Assembly (NCBI RefSeq): GCF_000341395.1
Contig: NC_020304.1
Location: 2,460,001 to 2,492,000, forward strand
Source: Desulfocapsa sulfexigens DSM 10523
Lineage (GTDB): Bacteria > Desulfobacterota > Desulfobulbia > Desulfobulbales > Desulfocapsaceae
Length of the DNA: 32,000 nt
Direction: 5' to 3'
Shown: one piece after another, positions 17,408 to 25,607 of the stretch
Layout of the letters: the number at the start of each line of letters is the position of its first letter
How positions within the stretch are numbered: position 1 is the first letter of the stretch
Translations under genes and position numbers: made by a program
The notes under the pieces: model-generated
Databases searched by the model: none
What the model saw: the letters and a program-made list of their open reading frames with translations, nothing else
Told to the model about the DNA's origin: nothing

Positions 17408-19192
17408 CTATTCTTCTATATTATAACGCTGCATTTGTCTGTAGAGGGTGGAGCGGGCTACTCCAAGAAGTTTTGCTGCCTTTACTTTGTTTCCATTTAC
17501 CTGCTTGAGAGCATTGATGATTTTTTCATCTTCCCGTTGATAATGGGGGCTGATGGAGAAGAGTTCAACGGGATGGTCATGGTGATGAGGGAATGGAGGG
17601 GAACTTTGCAATACTGTTTCTTTTTTGGGGGGATTCTGGAGTTCGTCGGGGAGATGTTGTACCAGGAGCATGGGCCCATCACAAAGTACACATGCCCTTT
17701 CCATGACATGTCTTAGTTCCCGGACATTTCCAGGCCATTGGTAACTGGCCATGCATTCAAGCGCCTGGTCGGAAATAGTCGCAATTTTTTTGTTAAGCTG
17801 TTTTCTGAAAATTGTCAGGAAATGGGTAGCAAGCAGTGGGATACCATTGATTCTTTCGCGCAGGGGAGGCAGTCTTACTTCGATAACCTTGAGGCGGTAA
17901 TATAAGTCTTCCCTGAATTTTCCTTCGGAGACCATTTTTTGAAAGTCAACATTAGTGGCAGCGATAATCCTCACATCCACCTTTAAAGGCGTATCCTGGC
18001 CCACCGGGGTGAACGTTTTTTCCTGGAGAAAACGGAGAAGGAGTAACTGGTTCCGCGGCGAGATATCTCCAATTTCATCAAGGAAGAGCGTTCCTCCATC
18101 AGCTTGAAGCAGCATGCCCTCTCTGTCTCGGTCGGCTCCGGTAAAAGCACCCTTACGATGGCCGAAAAGCTCGCTTTCAAGTAAATTTTCGTTTACGGAG
18201 ACGCAGTCTACCTTGATAAGAGGTTTGTCACGTCGTGAACTTTCGGCATGAAGGGCCTCGGCAGCTAGTTCTTTTCCGGTTCCGGATTCACCTGTAATGA
18301 GGACGGCGGTATCGACCTTACCGATGTTTTCGATCATTTTGTAAACTTCCTGCATGGCCCTACTGGAGCCAACACAGCCATGAAATCGGTTCCGGATTTC
18401 ATTGATTTCTCTTGGTTCTTCGAGACTCATATCCCTTGCTACAATAACAACGCCCTGAAATTCATCATCTTCGCCACGCAACGGTGAGGCATTTAAGCTG
18501 ATGATCTTTGTGGAGTCATCGGCAGTATGGCACTCAATAAGATGTTTTCTCACTTCAGTGCCGTCCTGAAGAACTTTGCGGGCATCATTGAGACAGGCCA
18601 TACCGACTTCTTCTGGGAACTGATCGAGATCATAAAGTCCCTCCGCCCCTTTATCCTTGAGCCATTGTTCTGCTGTTTCATTGAGTTGTACAATCTGCAT
18701 ATTGGCGTCTATCGTTATAATTGCATCGCTGACCGAGCGAAAAATTGTCTCAAGGTAACGACGGAATTTTTCATTTTCCCGAAGCAGTCCTTCAGCTTTA
18801 TTTTCAAGAGACCAGTGCAGAAGTGCCTGGCGGGTAAAACGCAGCAGGGTATTCTTGTTTACAGGTTTGGAAATGTAATCAAAGGCGCCGTGTCTGACGG
18901 ATTCAGTAGCTGTTTCAAGGTTAGGGAATCCTGTTATCATCACCACAGGACATTTTATGTTCAGTTCCCTGGTTTTCTTTAGAAGGTCTGTTCCGCAGGG
19001 ACCTATCAGCACAATGTCACTGATAATAAGGTCATATGTGGTGTTTTTAATTGCTTCAATGGCTTGATCAAAAGTTGCTACGGTGTTGACAAATTGATAC
19101 CCTTCAGAGGTAAGAAAAATTTCGAATGTCTGGCGGATAGACTCTTCATCGTCGACAATAAGGATGTGGGCAGAATATAAGTCGTGCTCCAT
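17408..19192 (-). CDS. sigma-54-dependent response regulator: REC - PAS - AAA+ - Fis-type HTH
   Basis: HILIVDDEESIRQTFEIFL, PAS region FRRYLETIFRSVSDAIITID, Walker A GESGTGKELAAEAL, ESELFGHRKGAFTGAD (GAFTGA loop), LFLDEIGD and C-terminal ALKQVNGNKVKAAKLLGVARSTLYRQMQRY. The track start is 19219; MEHDLYSA at 19192 is a plausible start. Confidence 0.94.
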   Translation of the reverse strand: MEHDLYSAHILIVDDEESIRQTFEIFLTSEGYQFVNTVATFDQAIEAIKNTTYDLIISDIVLIGPCGTDLLKKTRELNIKCPVVMITGFPNLETATESVRHGAFDYISKPVNKNTLLRFTRQALLHWSLENKAEGLLRENEKFRRYLETIFRSVSDAIITIDANMQIVQLNETAEQWLKDKGAEGLYDLDQFPEEVGMACLNDARKVLQDGTEVRKHLIECHTADDSTKIISLNASPLRGEDDEFQGVVIVARDMSLEEPREINEIRNRFHGCVGSSRAMQEVYKMIENIGKVDTAVLITGESGTGKELAAEALHAESSRRDKPLIKVDCVSVNENLLESELFGHRKGAFTGADRDREGMLLQADGGTLFLDEIGDISPRNQLLLLRFLQEKTFTPVGQDTPLKVDVRIIAATNVDFQKMVSEGKFREDLYYRLKVIEVRLPPLRERINGIPLLATHFLTIFRKQLNKKIATISDQALECMASYQWPGNVRELRHVMERACVLCDGPMLLVQHLPDELQNPPKKETVLQSSPPFPHHHDHPVELFSISPHYQREDEKIINALKQVNGNKVKAAKLLGVARSTLYRQMQRYNIEE

Positions 19193-19196
19193 AAAT

Positions 19197-20318
19197 TCAG
19201 ATCCCTGCTGGAAGTTCAATGATCATTTCTGTGAATTGGTCGAGTATGGAGTTCACCCGCAGGTCACCTCCATGGTCTTTTATGATTCCATAGCTGATGC
19301 TGAGTCCGAGTCCTGTGCCCTCACCAGGAGGTTTCGTGGTGAAGAACGGTTCGAAGAGGCGCTCCAGAAGGGATTGAGGCAGACCGGTTCCATAATCTTT
19401 AATGGTTATGAAGTACACACAGGATTGTCCCTTCTTTTTTTTCTCACAAGTGATTTCAATCTTCTTTTGTGGATTGGGGGAAGGGTATCGGGCGTTTAAG
19501 GCGTAGCGGCTGTTGCTGATAAGGTTAAGAATAACCTGCTGCAGTTGTCTGAAATCGGCAATGATGAAAAAGTCTTTTTTTGGAAAGTCTGTTACTATCC
19601 TGATACCATCCTTGCTCAGTTGATGCCGCACCAGCGTAAGACTTTCTCTGATTACTTCCACAGGATTGACGGGTCCCTGGTCACGACCGTCTGCCCGTGA
19701 AAAAGAGAGCAGGTTGTGGGTGATTGAGGCTATCCGATCACCTTCATGGATAATTTTATGTATGATACTTTCTCCGGTGGCATCAAGCTTGTAGTTATCC
19801 AGCAGTATTTGAGCAAAATTGATGATGCCCGTGATGGGGTTGTTGATCTCATGGGCAACGCCCGCAGCAAGTTCACCAATGGCTGCCAGTTTGGCAGTAC
19901 GTATGGAGTCAACTCGGCGGCTTTCATCCCCGGAGAGTTCCCTGGCGATGAGCATGATTTTATCTATTGTTCCATCGGGCTCTTTAACCGGGGAAATGGT
20001 AAAGGAATATTCACCGAAGAGTCCGGGAAGTCGAGTCTCTTCAACTTTTGGAGAACAGGTCTTGAGAAATTCTTCCAGGGGGCATTTGATATGCGGCCAT
20101 CTGCCACCATGAACAATCTTACAGATCCCCTTGCCAACCACCTCTTTTCTCTCTTTCTTTGCAGCGAGCAGCGTTGCATTGTTTGCCTCAATAATGGTGC
20201 CATCGGGGCTTACAACAATTACAGGATCCTGGATAGCGTTGAAAAGTTGCTCCCAGGTGCCGCCGTGGTGGGTTTCCGATGTGGGGGAATGGTTGGGAGC
20301 AGTCTGCGGGGTGAGCAA
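19197..20318 (-). CDS. PAS domain-containing sensor histidine kinase
   Basis: PAS NAIQDPVIVVSPDGTIIEANNA, H-box ELAAGVAHEINNPITGIINFAQILL, N-box QVILNLISNSRYAL, and G boxes KDYGTGLP and GEGTGLGLSISYGII. Confidence 0.94.
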   Translation of the reverse strand: MLTPQTAPNHSPTSETHHGGTWEQLFNAIQDPVIVVSPDGTIIEANNATLLAAKKERKEVVGKGICKIVHGGRWPHIKCPLEEFLKTCSPKVEETRLPGLFGEYSFTISPVKEPDGTIDKIMLIARELSGDESRRVDSIRTAKLAAIGELAAGVAHEINNPITGIINFAQILLDNYKLDATGESIIHKIIHEGDRIASITHNLLSFSRADGRDQGPVNPVEVIRESLTLVRHQLSKDGIRIVTDFPKKDFFIIADFRQLQQVILNLISNSRYALNARYPSPNPQKKIEITCEKKKKGQSCVYFITIKDYGTGLPQSLLERLFEPFFTTKPPGEGTGLGLSISYGIIKDHGGDLRVNSILDQFTEMIIELPAGI

Positions 20319-20387
20319 GGTATGTGACTCCGGATCAGTTTAAGTTTCATTTCCCACGGTATTCTGGCCCTGATTTTGTGGAATGAT

Positions 20388-20410
20388 TTGTCAGGTTGAT
20401 TTCCTGACAA
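20388..20410. promoter_or_regulatory. operator-like palindrome upstream of the histidine kinase gene
   Basis: TTGTCAGG-TTGATTT-CCTGACAA: perfect 8-bp arms with 7-nt spacer, immediately downstream of a minus-strand TATACT (20420-20415). Confidence 0.5.
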
Positions 20411-20566
20411 CTGTAGTATACCACAGTGTGTTACACATGTGGAAGTGAATTTATTTTTGTTGAGTCACTTTATTGGATAGGAGGATGAGTGAAGGGGGCG
20501 GGAATGGGCTTGAGTGAATCAGGAGAAAAATTCTTACACAAAGGACTATAATGATGGAATGTGTTG

Positions 20567-21208
20567 TTATTCTTTGAGGAGTTTCAAGAGTAATTTTTTA
20601 AAGTGGGTTAACTTCACAGGTAAAATATCAATTTCCACCTGGATCAGATCGTAAAATTCCATAATCTGTTCATCGCTTAAGGAATCCATCCCCGTGTCTA
20701 GAATAATAATCTTGTTATACCAGCCAAGATTCAGGCGAGCGTCGGTAACAGACCATTGACCATCCTGAATGGACTGATTAATCATCCTGATCCAGGCAGG
20801 AGTCATAAGAGAGGTGCGGTTCTTTTGTAATTCTTTGGCAAGGTCATCACCAATCAGCATATCAATACAGTTTCTTGCGTGAGGAATCTTTCCTCCACAG
20901 TCTTCAACAACATCAGCTATATTCCGTTTTCCCTTACAATGTTTACCTACGAGAAAGCGAACTCTGTCCCCGTTTTTGATGGCTCTGTCGATACCTTCCT
21001 GCAATTGCTCCTCCATTGTGTGGGGATTGTTGTGGATGGTATAATGCATGTAGTCGATATGTGGACTTAGATTCAATTCGGCAAGAACACTTTCAAGTTC
21101 ATCACGAAAAATAGGACAGGTGATAAGGGAGATATCTCTGCGTTCAGTGATATCCTTTTTTGGAAAAGAAGAAAGTTCTTCGGTCTGTTTACAGAGAGAG
21201 CTTTGCAT
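20567..21208 (-). CDS. DUF1638-like conserved protein
   Basis: YTIHNNPHTMEEQLQEGIDRAI...VRFLVGKHCKGKRNIADVVEDCGGKIPHARNCIDMLIGDDL matches my recall of the DUF1638 pattern. Not checked by search. Confidence 0.6.
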   Translation of the reverse strand: MQSSLCKQTEELSSFPKKDITERRDISLITCPIFRDELESVLAELNLSPHIDYMHYTIHNNPHTMEEQLQEGIDRAIKNGDRVRFLVGKHCKGKRNIADVVEDCGGKIPHARNCIDMLIGDDLAKELQKNRTSLMTPAWIRMINQSIQDGQWSVTDARLNLGWYNKIIILDTGMDSLSDEQIMEFYDLIQVEIDILPVKLTHFKKLLLKLLKE

Positions 21209-21417
21209 TTTTTTGTTTCCCAGTAGCTATTAATTAAAAGTCGTTTGTGAATACCATTATCATTCGCTGGAAACAAATCAATTTTTTAAATAGGATTGTT
21301 CAGTAGGAGGAATATGGGAGGTTGCCAGGAGTGAACGTTTAAATTGCTTTGAGTGGTATCTTGAAAATATTTGCCTGATTACCATCGAAACTCAGCTTTG
21401 CAACCCGGAGTTGTTCC

Positions 21418-21502
21418 GTGTCGATTATATGGGACGCCATAAACACACCCCTGGGGGCTCCGTTGCGGCCGTCCAGGCCGCAGATGCCCATATAATCAAC
21501 AC
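21418..21502 (-). ncRNA. candidate structured RNA / cis-regulatory element
   Basis: 16-bp outer stem (minus strand GUGUUGAUUAUAUGGG / CCCAUAUAAUCGACAC, 15 Watson-Crick pairs plus one G-U) enclosing GCGGCC-UGGAC-GGCCGC. It lies in the tilS-DUF1638 intergenic region. Confidence 0.4.
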
Positions 21503-21555
21503 GAAAAACTCCTCCTCAGACGGGTAAGCTGAGGATTAGTGGTAAGCTGGAATAT

Positions 21556-22962
21556 TTATGAAGTCAGCCATTGCAGTGCCAATACCTGTTTTGTTTGTTT
21601 TCTGATTCGAAAATTATGGTCTATGCGCAGGCCGACTAGGGCAAGAATTGTATCTTTTGAGAGGATAAGAGGATACTTATCTCTTTCCATAATGGGTATT
21701 TTGTGATCAGAGAGAAAACGGGATAGTTTCTTTCTTCCTGGAGCACCAAGTGGTTGAAAGCATTCGCCTTCCTTGATATGACGGACGGAAAGAGGAAATT
21801 GTATCAAATCAGCATCAAGGAACAGGGTGTCCGGAGTGGCAGGCAGGGCCGGGGAAAATGGCAAGCACTGTATGTGTAGGGTATGACCAAGCTCTTCTAT
21901 GGGAAAGACACCTGGGCCATTTACGATAATGGGAGAAAATGATTTCCGGATGATTCCAGTGCCACGGTAGCTGCTCCGAAGAGATGGACGGTGAAAACAA
22001 ATGATTTCAGCTTCTCGAACTGCTCGTAAACCATTGCTGAGGTGAATTTCTTTGCGGGTTTCTGATTCTGCAAGGGCAAGCAGGCTTTTAATTTTCTTAT
22101 AGGACGGTTTTGATCCCAGCGTCCAGCATATCCTGTCAAGGATTCTACGTTGAATGGCAATCGGTTGTTGTAAAAAACCAGTAAGTGAAAGAGAGAGCAT
22201 ATCCTGTTCTTTAACGACAACACTCTGATAGGCGATTGTAGTTATTTCTTCGAGGAGCTTGTCCTCGTCGTTGAGGATTGTTGCAGTCTGAAGCAAAGTC
22301 TGGCGCACCGCTTGATTGTAGTCATTTTCAAGTTTTGGTAATAGCTCCAGGCGAATTCTGTTTCTCAAAAAGCGTCTGTCAAGATTGGAACTATCCAGGC
22401 AAAAAGGAATATTCTGTTCTTTTAAATAGGAGAGCAGGGTGTCTTTCGTCTCCTGGAGCAGAGGACGAACAATGTGTCCATGGTGCAAGTCCATGCCACT
22501 GAGTCCCCTGCTTCCACACCCTCGAATCAGACGAAGAAGAACCTCTTCAGCCTGGTCATCGGCTGTGTGTCCAACTGCGATAACGGATGCTCCATGGGAG
22601 ACTCTGAGCGTTTCAAGCGCCTGATAACGGAGTTCACGGGCGGCTTCTTCAAGTGAACAACCTTTTGCCTGCTGTTCACCTGTGACATCAATGGTAAGAG
22701 ATTCAAAATGTGCAGAGCATGCCATGGCCTGCTCTCGGACAAGTTTCTTTTCAGCTTCGGTTTCCAGAGGGCGTAGTCCATGGTCAATGTAAACAGCTAT
22801 ACGTCTGGTGGCCGGAAAGAGGTTGGAGAGAATGTGTAACAGGCTTATAGAATCAGCACCTCCGGAAACACCTAAGACAACAGATGATTTGGGATGAAAC
22901 AGGGAGGATGAGATGACCAGCTTCTCTATCCGTCTCTGGAGGGCGTTCATTCGAGATCTCAT
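21556..22962 (-). CDS. tilS: tRNA(Ile)-lysidine synthase TilS
   Basis: PP-loop VVLGVSGGADSISLLHIL, then IYVDHGLRP, VGHTADDQAEEVLLRLIRGCGSRGLSGM and FLRNRIRLELLP. Confidence 0.95.
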   Translation of the reverse strand: MRSRMNALQRRIEKLVISSSLFHPKSSVVLGVSGGADSISLLHILSNLFPATRRIAVYIDHGLRPLETEAEKKLVREQAMACSAHFESLTIDVTGEQQAKGCSLEEAARELRYQALETLRVSHGASVIAVGHTADDQAEEVLLRLIRGCGSRGLSGMDLHHGHIVRPLLQETKDTLLSYLKEQNIPFCLDSSNLDRRFLRNRIRLELLPKLENDYNQAVRQTLLQTATILNDEDKLLEEITTIAYQSVVVKEQDMLSLSLTGFLQQPIAIQRRILDRICWTLGSKPSYKKIKSLLALAESETRKEIHLSNGLRAVREAEIICFHRPSLRSSYRGTGIIRKSFSPIIVNGPGVFPIEELGHTLHIQCLPFSPALPATPDTLFLDADLIQFPLSVRHIKEGECFQPLGAPGRKKLSRFLSDHKIPIMERDKYPLILSKDTILALVGLRIDHNFRIRKQTKQVLALQWLTS

Positions 22963-23064
22963 GTTTTGAAAAACAATCCAGAGGGATTCTGTTTTTTATT
23001 TGAATAATCCATCCATTCGTATAGCATAGAATTATGAGAAATTCTAAAATTTAATCGGAGCACA

Positions 23065-23463
23065 ATGAAGATTCTAATTGCAGAAGATACTCCTGTTAAC
23101 CAGGTTTTGCTTGCTGATTTTCTGGAACCATATGGAGAGTGTCACGTAGCCAGGGATGGTTTTGAGGCTGTGGAAATTTTCGAGCAAAGTCTGAGCACGA
23201 CCGAACAGTCATTTGATCTGCTTTGTCTTGATATCATGATGCCGAAAATGGACGGACAGGCAGTACTTCAGACTGTTCGAAAGCTGGAAGAAGAGCAGGG
23301 GATAGCAGAGGAAGAGAGGGTGAAGGTTCTGATGATCACAGCCCTTGATGATTCGAAAAACATCATGGAGGCTCTGGTGAAGGGGAAGTGTGCAGGGTAT
23401 CTGACCAAACCTGTTAGTAGGGCCACACTGCAGGAGCAATTAGCTTTGTTAGGCCTTGGCTGA
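23065..23463 (+). CDS. stand-alone CheY-like response regulator receiver protein
   Basis: MKILIAEDTPVNQVLLADFLEPYGE, phosphoacceptor region LLCLDIMMPKMDG and YLTKPVSR. Confidence 0.92.
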   Translation: MKILIAEDTPVNQVLLADFLEPYGECHVARDGFEAVEIFEQSLSTTEQSFDLLCLDIMMPKMDGQAVLQTVRKLEEEQGIAEEERVKVLMITALDDSKNIMEALVKGKCAGYLTKPVSRATLQEQLALLGLG

Positions 23464-23483
23464 CAAAGGAGGTGTAGGGTGAA

Positions 23484-23813
23484 ATGACAGACCTATCCTT
23501 GTCTGATCGGGTGGAAATACATGTACGGGATTTTTATCAATTACCTGTTGAGAAGGTTGCCGTCATGCTTCCTACCTTTCTCGCTGTTCTCAAAAATCAT
23601 TTAAATGATCTGGAAACAGCACTTGATGGAGGTGACCTGATTGGAATTGGCCGGGTAGGACATACCCTGAAGGGTGCTCTTCTGAATCTGGGTCTTGCTG
23701 AGATCGCCGAGATTGCCGCAAGCATTGAAAGAGAGGGGAAATTAGGGGGGGAGAATTTTGATTTTACTGAAGCGGTATCCCGGTTGAAAGTAGAACTTCA
23801 AGAGATTCTTTGA
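23484..23813 (+). CDS. histidine phosphotransfer (HPt) domain protein
   Basis: IGRVGHTLKGALLNLGLAEIAEIAASIE, the HPt signature H-x-x-K-G. Strong RBS AAAGGAGG upstream. Confidence 0.85.
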   Translation: MTDLSLSDRVEIHVRDFYQLPVEKVAVMLPTFLAVLKNHLNDLETALDGGDLIGIGRVGHTLKGALLNLGLAEIAEIAASIEREGKLGGENFDFTEAVSRLKVELQEIL

Positions 23814-23827
23814 AAATAAAGAAAACG

Positions 23828-23870
23828 AAAAAAAAAGGCGGCTTGAGAGTTCTCTCAAGCCGCCTTTTTT
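23828..23870. terminator. bidirectional intrinsic terminator between the HPt gene and pntB
   Basis: A-tract, then GGCGGCTTGAGAG-TT-CTCTCAAGCCGCC, then a T-tract: a perfect 13-bp stem flanked by poly-A and poly-T, between convergent genes. Confidence 0.95.
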
Positions 23871-23888
23871 TATGAAAAACGGAATACT

Positions 23889-25271
23889 TTATTCTTTAAC
23901 TGCTGAAAGCAGTTTTTGAATAGAGGACTTGGCATCACCAAAGAGCATCATGGTGTTGTCTTTGAAGAAAAGCTCATTCTCAATTCCTGCAAACCCAACG
24001 TTCATGGAACGTTTCAAGACAACGACGGTTTGTGCCTTATCAACTTCCAGAATAGGCATACCGTAAATAGGACTGCCTGGATTGGTTTTTGCGGCAGGGT
24101 TCACAACATCGTTAGCACCGATGACCAATACCACATCTGTGGTTGAAAAATCGTCGTTGATATCTTCCATGGCGTAAAGCTGATCATAGGGTACATCAGC
24201 CTCGGCAAGAAGAACGTTCATGTGCCCGGGCATACGACCGGCAACTGAGTGAATGGCATATCGAACATCGACACCTTCTTCTCCAAGGTAATCACCGAGC
24301 TCACGGGTAACATGCTGAGCCTGAGCAGCGGCCATACCATAACCTGGAACAATGATCAGGGAATCTGCATTTTGAAGGGTAATGGCGACATCTTCAACCT
24401 CGAATCCTTTCATACTTCCAGTGGGACCTTCGCCACCGTCAGCTACAGAGTCATCAACGGCACCAAAGGCACCAAAAAGGACATTGGCGAGCGAGCGATT
24501 CATGGCATCACACATGATTTTGGTGAGGAAGAGGCCCGATGCTCCAACCAGGGAACCAACAATAATAAGGGCATTATTGTTAAGGGCAAAACCGGTCATG
24601 GAAACTGCAAGTCCGGAGTAAGAGTTCAGGAGTGATACAATAACCGGCATGTCCGCTCCGCCTATCGGGATAACGGCAAGAACGCCAAGACCCAAAGCCA
24701 GAAGAATAATAAAATAAAACGCCAAAGTGTTGGCCGGGTTCTGGAATACTAAATAGGCAAGGAAAATGGTTAGCAGTACAATCCCGGCATTGACAACCTG
24801 CTGGAATGGATAGGTAATGGGGCGTGTGGAAATTATCCCCTGCAGTTTGGTGTAGGCAATAATGGAACCGGTAAAGGTAAGGCCACCAATAATAACGGAG
24901 AGAAGCAGGGTTATCATGGTGAAGTTTGCAAATGCGCCGGTATGACCATTAAACTCAGCCATGGCAACAAGTGCTGATGCAGCACCACCGCACCCGTTAA
25001 ACAGGGCAACCATTTCAGGCATTGAGGTCATCTCAACCTTCACAGCGGCATAGCCACCGATGGCTGCACCAATGGCAATGGCGATGATGATCATGGTGTA
25101 GCCGAACATGTCGGGGGAAGCGAGTGTGGCAGCAATTGCCACTAACATTCCAGCCATGGACAGCTTGTTTCCGAGTTTTGCCGTGGCTGGAGAGCTCAGA
25201 TTCTTGATACCAAGCATGAACAGTACAGCCGATATCAGATATACAAAATCGATAATATTAACAATAGACAT
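23889..25271 (-). CDS. pntB: NAD(P) transhydrogenase subunit beta
   Basis: MAEFNGHTGAFANFTMITLLLSVIIGGLTFTGSI, GYGMAAAQAQHVTRELGDYL, RMPGHMNVLLAEADVPYD and the NADP site VVLVIGANDVVNPAA. Confidence 0.96.
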   Translation of the reverse strand: MSIVNIIDFVYLISAVLFMLGIKNLSSPATAKLGNKLSMAGMLVAIAATLASPDMFGYTMIIIAIAIGAAIGGYAAVKVEMTSMPEMVALFNGCGGAASALVAMAEFNGHTGAFANFTMITLLLSVIIGGLTFTGSIIAYTKLQGIISTRPITYPFQQVVNAGIVLLTIFLAYLVFQNPANTLAFYFIILLALGLGVLAVIPIGGADMPVIVSLLNSYSGLAVSMTGFALNNNALIIVGSLVGASGLFLTKIMCDAMNRSLANVLFGAFGAVDDSVADGGEGPTGSMKGFEVEDVAITLQNADSLIIVPGYGMAAAQAQHVTRELGDYLGEEGVDVRYAIHSVAGRMPGHMNVLLAEADVPYDQLYAMEDINDDFSTTDVVLVIGANDVVNPAAKTNPGSPIYGMPILEVDKAQTVVVLKRSMNVGFAGIENELFFKDNTMMLFGDAKSSIQKLLSAVKE

Positions 25272-25291
25272 AGGTTAACTCTCTGGTTGTA

Positions 25292-25597
25292 CTATTCTTT
25301 TTTCTTCCGCTTCTTTTTCTTGAACATCTGAAGCATTCTGTCCGTTACCATGTATCCACCAACCACATTCACCGTGGCAAATACAACTGCACAAAATCCA
25401 AGCATGGATTCTGCATCAATACTTTCGGGGCGACCCGTGGCAATCAAAGCACCAAGGATGGCAACACCTGAAATGGCATTTGATGCGGACATAAGTGGGG
25501 TGTGTAAGGTTTGCGGCACTTTTGAAATAAGCTCGGCCCCTGCAAAGCAGGCCAGTACAAAAATGGTCAAACCGATAATGATTGTTCCTGTATCCAT
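25292..25597 (-). CDS. pntAB: NAD(P) transhydrogenase alpha subunit, membrane part (split PntA, C-terminal subunit)
   Basis: VPQTLHTPLMSASNAISGVAILGALIA and GFCAVVFATVNVVGGYMVTDRMLQMFKKK. Confidence 0.93.
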   Translation of the reverse strand: MDTGTIIIGLTIFVLACFAGAELISKVPQTLHTPLMSASNAISGVAILGALIATGRPESIDAESMLGFCAVVFATVNVVGGYMVTDRMLQMFKKKKRKKKE

Positions 25598-25607
25598 TTT
25601 TTTCTCC

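Noticed and set aside
18527-18982. 151-aa plus-strand ORF opposite the sigma-54 regulator
   Set aside because: Overlaps the well-supported REC/PAS coding region on the other strand.
19746-20327. 193-aa plus-strand ORF opposite the histidine kinase
   Set aside because: Antisense to conserved PAS/HisKA coding sequence. No independent support.
21385-21505. c-di-GMP/cGAMP (GEMM-I) riboswitch on the minus strand
   Set aside because: GCAAAGC and GAUGGUAAUCAGGC are reminiscent of GEMM, but the first hairpin with GGGCAAACC and the tetraloop receptor are not recognisable. Kept only as a generic structured element.
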